DNA of 56,898 nt from Poseidonia sp. (GTDB lineage Archaea > Thermoplasmatota > Poseidoniia > Poseidoniales > Poseidoniaceae): NCBI GenBank assembly GCA_038136695.1, contig JAYQAK010000001.1:1-56898 (forward strand), in the 5' to 3' direction. The translations under genes and the position numbers were made by a program. This document shows, one piece after another, positions 9,551 to 17,990 of the stretch. The notes beneath the pieces are model-generated. The model did no database searches, was not told the DNA's origin, and saw only the letters and a program-made list of their open reading frames with translations. Each line of letters starts with the position of its first letter. The stretch's first letter is position 1.

Positions 9551-10660
9551 TTAATCCTCGTCGTTGAGGTCCATCAGCCTCGGACTGGGGTCGTTAAATC
9601 CGGAAGGCATGCCGGGTATCGTCCGCTTGGTGCCTTCGTGGTCGGTGGTCATGATGGTGAGCAATTCCATGAATTCTCGCAACAGGTTGACCATGCCCGT
9701 GTGGCTGTTTTCTGGCAAAACGAGGCGCTCGCATGAAGCGGTGACCGTTCCTTGCGGGTTCAGCGTTTCAATCAACAATTCCACACGTGGTCCACTTTTG
9801 TAGACGCCTTTTTTCTTGTTCGGGTCAACCAAGGACGTAATCAATGTCTCATCGCCCTCTTCTTGTGCTTTTTTCAGGAAGGTCGTCATCTTGCGTTGTT
9901 CGACGAAAATTCCCGTGATGGGGTGAAGCGACGGGTCAAGGCTCTCGAGCATGGCGGTTTCGAGGCGATAGGCAAGTTCCGCCGTTGGGTCAACCATTTC
10001 CTTCAGCGTGGCCTTTGGAAAACCCTCTCGGCCAACGAGCAAGGTAAACCCGTGGAGCGGAGGTGGGACGAAGCGTTCGCGTTCGTTTTCAGATTGGTCT
10101 CGCTGCAGGCCGAGGGTATGCCTCCTGCTTTTCATGCGATGTCCGGCGTGAACGGCTCTCGGTACAATGAAGCCATCGATGTGACCCTCCATCATCTGTT
10201 GCTCAAACCACGGCCATCGTTCGTCCTCGGCAAGGCTTTCGAACGCATCGTTGGCTCCGATGTGGGCGAGGGCTTCCTGCATCGTCATCAAGGTCAGATC
10301 GGTCCTCATTCTCATCATTTGTCGCCGGACAAGTTCGTGGTCGCACATCACGATGGCCCCTTGTTTGAGGTATTCCGGCTTGTCTTCGGCAACCAGCACC
10401 CAGGTCGGTTCTTTTCGGGGCAAAACACCAGCGATGATCAATCCCTCAACGTTGTGCTGTTCCCAATCAAATGCACTCATGGCGACCAAATCGCCGTGGC
10501 CGTCGCGGAGTGCCCCGAGGGCGGTTTCCATGTGGGGCAGTTGCTTGAGTCGGAGGTCTCGCCGCTGGCCTTGTGTTTCAACGGTGCGCTCGATGTGAAG
10601 GCGGACACCGTCGTCACGCGTGGACGTTGTGAGAATGACGAGACGCTCGCCTGATTCCAT
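9551..10660 (-). CDS. Divergent HemC (porphobilinogen deaminase)-like domain protein
   Basis: By-eye similarity to the HemC core: ...ALRDGHGDLVAMSAFD... versus ALL.G.iDiAVHSMKD; VLPRKEPTWVLV versus ReDPRDalV; ...ELVRRQ... versus SSLRRQ. Several canonical residues differ, so function is uncertain. Confidence 0.4.
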   Translation of the reverse strand: MESGERLVILTTSTRDDGVRLHIERTVETQGQRRDLRLKQLPHMETALGALRDGHGDLVAMSAFDWEQHNVEGLIIAGVLPRKEPTWVLVAEDKPEYLKQGAIVMCDHELVRRQMMRMRTDLTLMTMQEALAHIGANDAFESLAEDERWPWFEQQMMEGHIDGFIVPRAVHAGHRMKSRRHTLGLQRDQSENERERFVPPPLHGFTLLVGREGFPKATLKEMVDPTAELAYRLETAMLESLDPSLHPITGIFVEQRKMTTFLKKAQEEGDETLITSLVDPNKKKGVYKSGPRVELLIETLNPQGTVTASCERLVLPENSHTGMVNLLREFMELLTIMTTDHEGTKRTIPGMPSGFNDPSPRLMDLNDED

Positions 10661-10741
10661 CCATTCACCTCGGTGAGGGTCGCCCCCCACGGGTTAAGGG
10701 CGTGGACGACCGGTTAAGAAGCCCACCGTTGTGGGAGGGTT

Positions 10742-11725
10742 GTGCAGAGCAATGTCGAGGGGCTGAATCTGGCGCTCCAATCCATGCGCGACGAGGTCAA
10801 CGAGGCTTTGGCGCAGTTGATTGAGGACGAAGTGGCGTTGGGGGCAGGTGAAGTGGCCCTCGAGGCTGGTCGAGTTCTGAATGCAGGTGGAAAGCGCCTT
10901 CGTCCAATTCTGTTTCTTCTCGCCTATCGATTGGCTGGCGGGACTCAACAAGGCGATGTCATGCCGTTGGCCTTGGCGTTTGAATTGATTCACACGGCCA
11001 CCTTGGTTCACGACGACATCAACGATGAAGCCCAACACCGACGAGGAATCCCTACCATCCATGCCAAGGCAGGTCAGGCCAAAGCCGTGATCGCCGGGGA
11101 TTGGCTCTTCGTCCAGGGCTTTGGGCTCGGAGGACGGTACAGCGAACAAATCGTCACCGTCATCGCTCGTTGTTGTGCCAACATTGCCGTCTCTGAATTC
11201 CACCAGCTCGACCACGTGCTGAATTTGGCGACTTCTCCAGAGGACTACCTTTCCATCGTTCGTGGAAAGACCGCAGGACCGTTTGCCGCCGGATGTTTTA
11301 GCGCAGGTTTGGTTGCTGGGCTTCCTGACGACCAGGCCCAAGCCCTCGAAACCTTCGGTATGGAGTTGGGGATTGCGTTCCAACTCGTGGACGATTTACT
11401 TGACCTGAGGGGCGATGACCGCATGGGTAAACCAAGAGGCGCAGATGTTTACGAAGGAAAGATGACGCTTCCCTTGATTCATGCCCTCACGTTGTCCCAC
11501 GGCCGTCACCGCGAGCGCCTGTCGGAGTTGATCGAAGCCTTCTGCGACGATGACTTTGATGAGTTAATGGCACTCCTTGACCGGTCAAACAGCATGGAGT
11601 ATGTGGAAATTCTTGTGAGAACACATCTGGAACGCGCACAAGCAGCGCTTGAGGTCTTCCCCGACAGCGAAGCGAAACAGATGATGCTTCACATCACCGA
11701 TTTTGTCAAAGAACGACACACATGA
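10742..11725 (+). CDS. idsA: Polyprenyl (geranylgeranyl) diphosphate synthase
   Basis: First Asp-rich motif LVHDDINDEAQHRRG and second Asp-rich motif FQLVDDLLDL. GTG start. Confidence 0.85.
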   Translation: MQSNVEGLNLALQSMRDEVNEALAQLIEDEVALGAGEVALEAGRVLNAGGKRLRPILFLLAYRLAGGTQQGDVMPLALAFELIHTATLVHDDINDEAQHRRGIPTIHAKAGQAKAVIAGDWLFVQGFGLGGRYSEQIVTVIARCCANIAVSEFHQLDHVLNLATSPEDYLSIVRGKTAGPFAAGCFSAGLVAGLPDDQAQALETFGMELGIAFQLVDDLLDLRGDDRMGKPRGADVYEGKMTLPLIHALTLSHGRHRERLSELIEAFCDDDFDELMALLDRSNSMEYVEILVRTHLERAQAALEVFPDSEAKQMMLHITDFVKERHT

Positions 11726-11728
11726 GGG

Positions 11729-12880
11729 TTGCAGGTGGCAAGCAAACCGATCGAGCATCGCACCGTCATCATCGTCGGGGCCGGTCCTGCGGGCAGTGCT
11801 GCAGCACAGCGTCTTGCCGAATCCGGCGTCGATGTGCTGGTGCTTGAACGGCGCAACATCGTGGGCAACCCCGCACAATGCGGCGAATGCATTCCCAACT
11901 GGGGCGAGGTGGTCGGCACCTTCAGAAACCTCGACGACCATCTGTGGCTGAAGACCTACTTTGATTTTCCAGAACGCTTGATTCTCCATCGTCTTGACAA
12001 CATGCGCGTCTTCCTGCCTTCGGGAAAATCGTATGACTTTGAATTGGATGCGTTCGCAGGTCATCGATTGCAATTCGATGGTTACCTCGCTGACAAAGCG
12101 GTTCGAGCAGGGGCTGAAATCCGCACCTCCACGCCGCTGAAGCGAATTCAGCAACAGCGCAAAGCCAACCGAGAATTGTTGGTGACCAGCGACGGAAGGT
12201 ACACCTGTGACTACCTCATCGACGCATCAGGTAGTTTGGCCCACATCGGACGGTTGCGCCACGGACAAGACCCCGCCTACCGCCCCGACGATCAGGTGCC
12301 GACCGTCTACGCTCAAGTCAAAGGCGAGGTTCCGGAGACCTTCGATGTCTTTCTCGGGTCGGTGGCTCCTTCCGGATATGCATGGATTATTCCCAAAGGG
12401 AAAGGATTTGCCAATGTCGGATTGGGTGTTCGTGCTGGTAAATTGAAAGGCCCCCTCAAAGATCACCTCGAGCAATTCTGCAAGGACTTGAATCTCGAGA
12501 TTCTTTCAATTGGCGGCGGCTGGATTCCGATGGGGGGGCCCGTCAAAACGATGGTCGACGGTACCACCTTGGCCGTGGGGGATGCGGCAGGTTTGGTCAT
12601 GCCCAGCAACGGCGGTGGCATCAGTCAAGCCATCATCTCCGGGTGCTTTGCAGCCGAATCCATTCTGCAACACATGGAGGACGGAACGCCGCTTTCTTCG
12701 TATGAGAAAAGAGTTCGAGCCTCCATGGGTCCGGCGTTGCGCAATTCCTTGCGTAGCAAAAACATGGGGTATGCGTTCATGCGAGGCGATGTCATGACCG
12801 AACTCATCCTGCGTTGCCTCGGTCCCATCGGAGGCATCAAACGGGCCATGGAATGCGACCGCCCGTTGTGGGTGCTCTAG
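11729..12880 (+). CDS. Geranylgeranyl reductase family flavoprotein (archaeal lipid saturase)
   Basis: FAD-binding motif VIIVGAGPAGSAAAQRLAESG...VLVLER, plus ...GDAAGLVMPSNGGG.... Starts 3 nt after idsA. Start is TTG 11729 or GTG 11735; there is no ATG before the GxGxxG motif. Confidence 0.8.
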   Translation: MQVASKPIEHRTVIIVGAGPAGSAAAQRLAESGVDVLVLERRNIVGNPAQCGECIPNWGEVVGTFRNLDDHLWLKTYFDFPERLILHRLDNMRVFLPSGKSYDFELDAFAGHRLQFDGYLADKAVRAGAEIRTSTPLKRIQQQRKANRELLVTSDGRYTCDYLIDASGSLAHIGRLRHGQDPAYRPDDQVPTVYAQVKGEVPETFDVFLGSVAPSGYAWIIPKGKGFANVGLGVRAGKLKGPLKDHLEQFCKDLNLEILSIGGGWIPMGGPVKTMVDGTTLAVGDAAGLVMPSNGGGISQAIISGCFAAESILQHMEDGTPLSSYEKRVRASMGPALRNSLRSKNMGYAFMRGDVMTELILRCLGPIGGIKRAMECDRPLWVL

Positions 12881-12971
12881 TGAGGCCGACGACCAACCGG
12901 TTGGTTTCAAAAGCGTGCAATGAACCGTCTCGCATCGGTTGGTTCAAGTGATTTGACCGTGTCGTGTTCTC

Positions 12972-13463
12972 ATGCGAGGCACGCTTCGACGCAACGACGA
13001 GGCTGTGAGCCCCGTGATTGCCACCGTGCTTCTTTTGGCCATCACCGTGATGCTTTCCAGCATGGTGTTCGTGTTGATGCAGGGCGCCTTGACCACCGTT
13101 GAGAAATCTGCACCTCAGGCCACGGTGTCCGTCCGTGCGCTGGACAACGGTTTCCACGTGGTTCGCATCACCAGCCTTGACCAATCCATCGACCCTGCTC
13201 GCTTGGAATACACCGTGCAGCCGGCCAACCTAACGTCGTCGTTGCCAATTGCGGGGCATGTTTCCGATTCAAACGTCTACGGCGTTGTCGGGTCCAACGT
13301 ATCCTTCCACGACCGGGATTTGGGCTATTCGGTAACGCAAGGTGATTACTTCGTGATCGATTCGCAAACGATTGGGTCAACAGACGGTACCTGGAGCTTC
13401 AAGTTGGTCGAGGAATCCGTTGGCGTCTTGCTCATCGATGTGACGCTTCCGGCGATGCGTTGA
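12972..13463 (+). CDS. Archaeal type IV pilin-like protein (class III signal peptide)
   Basis: N-terminus MRGTLRRNDEAVSPVIATVLLLAITVMLSSMVFVL is a basic leader followed by the (V/I)SPVI... hydrophobic helix typical of archaeal pilin/archaellin-like N-terminal domains. Confidence 0.7.
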   Translation: MRGTLRRNDEAVSPVIATVLLLAITVMLSSMVFVLMQGALTTVEKSAPQATVSVRALDNGFHVVRITSLDQSIDPARLEYTVQPANLTSSLPIAGHVSDSNVYGVVGSNVSFHDRDLGYSVTQGDYFVIDSQTIGSTDGTWSFKLVEESVGVLLIDVTLPAMR

Positions 13464-13465
13464 CC

Positions 13466-14473
13466 TCATCCTCCGATGAACGACATCTCCACTTTGGAGG
13501 CGTCGGTGTTGTTCTCGCCACGTTCCACCGAATATTGGTCGGTTCGTTGGGACCAAATGCTGGTGATGGCTTGTTGAATATCGGCCAGTGAGGCTCCCAT
13601 TCGAAGCAACCCCCTGAGGTCGTGGCCGTTGGTGGCAAACAAACAGGTGTACATCGAACCGTTTGCTGAAAGCCTTGCTCGGGAACAATCACCGCAAAAG
13701 GGCTCCGTGACAGAGTTGATGAATCCAAAAACATCGCCGTTTAACGTGACATGCCGTCGGGCCACTTCGTGGATGTTTTGTCCAACTTCAGGCGAAAGTG
13801 CCCCGAAACGTTGCTCAAGTTTTGCTCGGACCTCACGGCCACTCACGACCTCGTCCAACTTCCAAGCATTGGTGTTGCCAACGTCCATGTATTCGACGAA
13901 CCGAAGCGGTACGCTTCGATGGCTGCACATCTCGGCCAACGCAAGGATTTGATCTTCGTTGACCCCTTTGCGAATCACAGCGTTGACTTTGACCCCCAAC
14001 CCTGCGAGGAGCGCTGCATCGATGGCTTCCACCACGTGTTGAGGCGTGAACTGGTCGGTATCGGCCATGGTGGCGAACACCTCGGGCTCGATTGCATCCA
14101 AACTCACGGTGACGCGGTCGAGTCCTGCTTCAACCAGCGAGGTTGCATGTTTTGCCAGCAACGCACCGTTGGTCGTCATGGCAAGGTCAACGTCTGGAGC
14201 CGCATGCCGGATCATCCCAATCAGTTTCACCAAATCGTTGCGCAGCAGCGGCTCACCGCCGGTCAACCGGACCTTTTCGAGTCCCACTGGTAGGAGCGAA
14301 CGAACCACGAGGACAATCTCTTCGTAACTGAGCAAGTCCTCTCTTGGAAGGAACGCATGGTCGGTTCCAAAATGTTCCCTCGGCATGCAATAGGAACACC
14401 GGAAGTTGCATCGGTCCGTAACCGAGATTCGAAGGTCTTTCAGTGGACGCATTCGGCGGTCCACGAGGGTCAT
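13466..14473 (-). CDS. moaA: GTP 3',8-cyclase MoaA (radical SAM, molybdopterin biosynthesis)
   Basis: Radical SAM motif LRISVTDRCNFRCSYCMP, C-terminal cluster FCGDCSRARL and terminal GG. Start set at the ATG for MTLVDRR (14473); the track ORF runs upstream to 14581. Confidence 0.85.
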   Translation of the reverse strand: MTLVDRRMRPLKDLRISVTDRCNFRCSYCMPREHFGTDHAFLPREDLLSYEEIVLVVRSLLPVGLEKVRLTGGEPLLRNDLVKLIGMIRHAAPDVDLAMTTNGALLAKHATSLVEAGLDRVTVSLDAIEPEVFATMADTDQFTPQHVVEAIDAALLAGLGVKVNAVIRKGVNEDQILALAEMCSHRSVPLRFVEYMDVGNTNAWKLDEVVSGREVRAKLEQRFGALSPEVGQNIHEVARRHVTLNGDVFGFINSVTEPFCGDCSRARLSANGSMYTCLFATNGHDLRGLLRMGASLADIQQAITSIWSQRTDQYSVERGENNTDASKVEMSFIGG

Positions 14474-14545
14474 GTTGGATGGACCACGCACGGGTTCTTG
14501 AACTTGTAAGCAAGGGTTGATGACACCCACGCACCACCTTGGCTC

Positions 14546-15964
14546 ATGGGGAAGGCTTGGGTCAAGCGCTGGTCGCCTCACCGCAACGGCGGCAAAGGGA
14601 GCCTTGTTCCGGTGCTTTCGATTCGCCGAAAGACCTCTATAGAACGAATAAATTGGAGCCTACCCCCATCGAAGAGTCATGCCATTCGATGGCTCACCCT
14701 CGCCGCCCAATCCCAGCAAGAGGTCGTGTTGCGAGGGATGGAACACGCCGGACAGGACGTGATTTCCATGCGTCGCTGTTTGGTCCAGATGGGCGTCAAC
14801 GTGAGCGATCTTGATCGAGATGGCCAACCACTGGCTTTGGCCAACAACGTTGACGAGCAACCCGCGAACGAAACGGCGGCATGGAAGGTCGCAGGCGTTG
14901 GCCCAAACGGTATGCACCCTCCAGTCAGCGTCCTTCATGCGGGGAACTCCGGTACGAGCCTGCGAATCCTCATGGCGTTGGTTTCACTGTACAATGTGCC
15001 GGTGATGGTGGACGGTGATGCGTCGCTTCGCTCACGGTCCTACGGTGCGATGCTCTCATCCTTCGAACAATTGGGCGTTGCTTGCTCGAAAGGAACGGAT
15101 GCAGAAGGCTTGCCGTGGCTCATTCAAGGGCCCATCAACGCAACTGCTCCTCTTCATCTCGACGTGGGTTCCTCGAGCCAACCCACAACTGCATGGTGTC
15201 TAGCTGCTCCCGGTTTCTCTTCAGCGTTGCAGGTGCACTTCGAAGGCGACCCTGTTTCCCGTCGCCACGCTGCGTTGACCATGGAGATGTGCGAAGCGAC
15301 CGGTTCAGACCCTCTTTCCAAAGGCGTCTTTCGTCCCTGGCAGCCGACCTTTTCCAGCGGCGAGGTGATTGTTCCACGGGATTGTTCAATGGTGAGCTTT
15401 GCCTTCCTCGCCGTCCAAGCCCTCCAATCGGAGGTGTTGGTTGAGGCGATGCCGCTGCCCGAGGACAGTCTGGGTCACGAGGTGTTGTTTGACATCGCGG
15501 CCTCGTTAGGGATCACCGTCTCCGATACGCTTCTCAAGCCATCTCGGACCTCCAAGAGCATTGACATCGATCTGCGAGATGCCAACGATTTGATCACGCC
15601 GCTTGCAGCCACCTTGGCGTTAGGGGCAGGAGGGCTCATTCACGGGGCACCGCATGCCGCCCACAAAGAAACCAACAGGCTCTCAGGGACGGTGAATCTT
15701 CTCAAACAGTTTGGTCTTGAATCCAGTCTTGAAGAAGACGGGTTGCGTGTGCCGGGAGGCCAACGCCTGGTGACGCCAATCGCTCCCGTCCAAACCTACA
15801 GCGACCACCGGATGCAAATGACGGCCCTGATCCTCGCTGCAGCCTGCGATGAAGAAGTTCTGGTGGAGGGGCCGAGCCTGCACACCGTGGCCGATCCTGA
15901 CGCCGTTGACCGGTTGAGGGCATGCGGTGTGGAGATTGAGGCTCTGCTGCATCAACCTTGGTGA
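14546..15964 (+). CDS. aroA: 3-phosphoshikimate 1-carboxyvinyltransferase (EPSP synthase)
   Basis: LPPSKSHAIRWLTLAA (PxSKS motif), HAGNSGTSLRILMAL and C-terminal ...YSDHRMQMTALILAA.... Start is ambiguous (ATG 14546 or in-frame GTG 14612). Confidence 0.8.
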   Translation: MGKAWVKRWSPHRNGGKGSLVPVLSIRRKTSIERINWSLPPSKSHAIRWLTLAAQSQQEVVLRGMEHAGQDVISMRRCLVQMGVNVSDLDRDGQPLALANNVDEQPANETAAWKVAGVGPNGMHPPVSVLHAGNSGTSLRILMALVSLYNVPVMVDGDASLRSRSYGAMLSSFEQLGVACSKGTDAEGLPWLIQGPINATAPLHLDVGSSSQPTTAWCLAAPGFSSALQVHFEGDPVSRRHAALTMEMCEATGSDPLSKGVFRPWQPTFSSGEVIVPRDCSMVSFAFLAVQALQSEVLVEAMPLPEDSLGHEVLFDIAASLGITVSDTLLKPSRTSKSIDIDLRDANDLITPLAATLALGAGGLIHGAPHAAHKETNRLSGTVNLLKQFGLESSLEEDGLRVPGGQRLVTPIAPVQTYSDHRMQMTALILAAACDEEVLVEGPSLHTVADPDAVDRLRACGVEIEALLHQPW

Positions 15965-15965
15965 A

Positions 15966-17990
15966 TCAACCGTGTCGGCCAAAATGATGGTCCAAACTGT
16001 CGATTGGAATCCTCAGTGAAGTGGGCCGTCCGTGGACACAGGCCCATGGATTGGGGATGCGTCGCATGTCGTCGAGCAGCCGCCTCATCTCGGGAAGCGA
16101 AAGCGATTCGTTGGCCTTGACTGCTCCTCGACAGGCGTTCATGAAGGCGATGTGGTCTTTTTTTGCCTCTATGGTTTCCAGCGGGCCACCGTCCTCTGCG
16201 AGGTCTTGAAGCAGGTCCAAAAAGAAGGGTTTCAGTTCTTCACCGCTCAACAATTGTGGTGCTGCAAGCAGGCTCCACTGCCCTTCTTCCCTTTGCAACG
16301 AAAAACCGAGAGCAGACAGGCGTTCATGGTGAGCATCGACCACCGCAGACTGTCGGGGATCCAACGCCAAGGCAAGCGGCGTCAAACGCTGCTGTGGCTC
16401 CCAGGCCTGACCGCTGTGGCGCAGCCGTTCGTAACGGACGCGTTCATGCAAGGCATGTTGGTCGATGAGCAGCAATTCATCCTCAGCCTGGACCAAGATG
16501 TAGGAGTCTGCAAATTGAGCAAGAGGTTCCATTAGGGGCAGGTCGTTGATGGCGCCACCAAGGGGCTCTTCTTGGGACGGCAGCGTGGTCGGTGCTGCTC
16601 CAGCATGCCGGTGAAGCGTACGCTCTGCGGTGGACAAGTGGGAGGCGACCGGGTTCTGGTCAAGGTTCGGGAGAACCGCTTGACCCAGCGGGGATGCTGA
16701 GACAGGACGTGGTTTGGATGGGGCTTCCGGTTGTTCTGCCTCGCTGCCCACCAGGTTCAGTTGACGTCCGGCTGCAACCGCCCAAGCAGGTGGCGCTGGC
16801 GTGGTTGGTGCAGGTGACTGTGGTGGAGCAACCGAGAGCCCTGCTGCACTGGTCAGCGCTCGTTCTTGTTGGTCGCTTGGCGAGGGGGCTTCTGGTGTTA
16901 AGTAAGTTTCAACAGACTTTACGCGATCAGCGGAAGCCAAGCCTTGCAATGCAGGTATGCCTCCGGTGGCATCCGGCTCGGTAGGGATGGATTCAAGGGT
17001 GTGGGAAATCGCTCGTTCCAGTCGCTCCAGGACGCGCCAAGAGTGTTTGAGTCGGACTTCTCGTTTTGTGGGGTGGACGTTCACGTCCACTTCACCTGGA
17101 GGGCAGGTGAGGTTGATGACCGCAAGCGGATGCCTTCCGTGCATCAAACGCGTTTTGTAACCACGACGAATCGCCTGCAAAAATGGACCGGGTGCAACCG
17201 GGCGGTGGTTGATCAGTATGTGGATGTCATCACCCTTTCCACGCGTGATATCGGGTGTGCTGATCCAGCCGTCCCATCGTTCCTCACCGGGTGCCTCCTC
17301 GTCGATTGGAGGGTGTTGAAGCGGGATAAGTTCCGTGGCCTGTGCGCCCATCAAGTCGTACAAGCGATCCATCATGTCGTCGGTTGGTGGGACATTGAGC
17401 AAGGTTCGTGTTTCGGATTTGAGATGGAATCCACATTGAGGATGGGCCAAGGCGTGGTCCACCACGACGTCCACGATACGAGCCGTTTCCGTCTCGGGTC
17501 GGCGTTGGAACGCCAATCGGGCGGGGGTGTTTTGGAACAAGTGTTCGACGGAGATACGAGTTCCATCGGGCATGCCGACGGGTTGAACATCCGATTTGAT
17601 GCCGTTTGCCATCGAGACGCGGGCCCCTTCTTCGCCCCTTGGCTGGCTTTCAATGGTCAAGGTTGAGACCATGCCGATGCTGGCCAACGCTTCACCACGA
17701 AAACCCAAGGACACGATGGCGTTCAGGTCGTCCTTCGTGGTGAGTTTTGAGGTCGCGTGACGGTCCAGCGCCAAGCTGAGGTCCTCCCTTGCAATGCCTC
17801 CGCCGTTGTCTTCAACGATCATCCGGTCAAACCCACCGTTCTCAATGATGACCGAAATGTTGGTGGCACCGGCATCCAGACTGTTTTCGACCAGTTCCTT
17901 GACGACTTGAGCAGGCCGCTCAACAACCTCTCCTGCGGCGATGTAGCCGATGGTGGCATCATCAAGTTGCTGGATTCGTTGCGGCTTCAC
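15966..17990 (-). CDS. mutL: DNA mismatch repair endonuclease MutL
   Basis: GHKL ATPase N-terminus IAAGEVVERPAQVVKELVENSLDAG and C-terminal endonuclease motif DQHALHERVRYE. The GTG start overlaps the mutS stop (GTGA). Confidence 0.9.
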   Translation of the reverse strand: MKPQRIQQLDDATIGYIAAGEVVERPAQVVKELVENSLDAGATNISVIIENGGFDRMIVEDNGGGIAREDLSLALDRHATSKLTTKDDLNAIVSLGFRGEALASIGMVSTLTIESQPRGEEGARVSMANGIKSDVQPVGMPDGTRISVEHLFQNTPARLAFQRRPETETARIVDVVVDHALAHPQCGFHLKSETRTLLNVPPTDDMMDRLYDLMGAQATELIPLQHPPIDEEAPGEERWDGWISTPDITRGKGDDIHILINHRPVAPGPFLQAIRRGYKTRLMHGRHPLAVINLTCPPGEVDVNVHPTKREVRLKHSWRVLERLERAISHTLESIPTEPDATGGIPALQGLASADRVKSVETYLTPEAPSPSDQQERALTSAAGLSVAPPQSPAPTTPAPPAWAVAAGRQLNLVGSEAEQPEAPSKPRPVSASPLGQAVLPNLDQNPVASHLSTAERTLHRHAGAAPTTLPSQEEPLGGAINDLPLMEPLAQFADSYILVQAEDELLLIDQHALHERVRYERLRHSGQAWEPQQRLTPLALALDPRQSAVVDAHHERLSALGFSLQREEGQWSLLAAPQLLSGEELKPFFLDLLQDLAEDGGPLETIEAKKDHIAFMNACRGAVKANESLSLPEMRRLLDDMRRIPNPWACVHGRPTSLRIPIDSLDHHFGRHG

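Noticed and set aside
9752-10654. Long ORFs antisense to recognised genes: 9752-10654, 21312-22001, 21776-22630, 23609-24403, 26174-27091, 42269-43279, 45833-47065, 50145-50879 and 55544-56398.
   Set aside because: Each lies opposite a gene with clear family motifs. Their translations are R/G/A/V-rich with no motifs, which is the usual shadow-ORF pattern in GC-rich DNA.
12893-12904. Perfect 12-nt palindrome CCAACCGGTTGG followed by TTTC just after the geranylgeranyl reductase stop, considered as a possible terminator or protein-binding site.
   Set aside because: It has no loop and no oligo-T tract typical of archaeal terminators. It is a single occurrence and too short to distinguish from chance.
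14634-14648. Recurring palindrome-containing motif (C)CTCTATAGAACGA(A): 14634-14648 and 37673-37687 share an identical 15-mer, with shorter versions at 54289-54301 and 45871-45882. It could be an internal promoter, a regulatory site or an inserted element.
   Set aside because: Three of the four copies lie inside coding sequence, where TCT-ATA-GA(A/G) is read in frame as Ser-Ile-Glu (aroA, etfB on the other strand, and the nucleotidyltransferase). Flanks share no further similarity, and a handful of 15-mer repeats is roughly what chance gives in a window this size. Only the intergenic copy at 45871-45882 was kept, as a TATA box.
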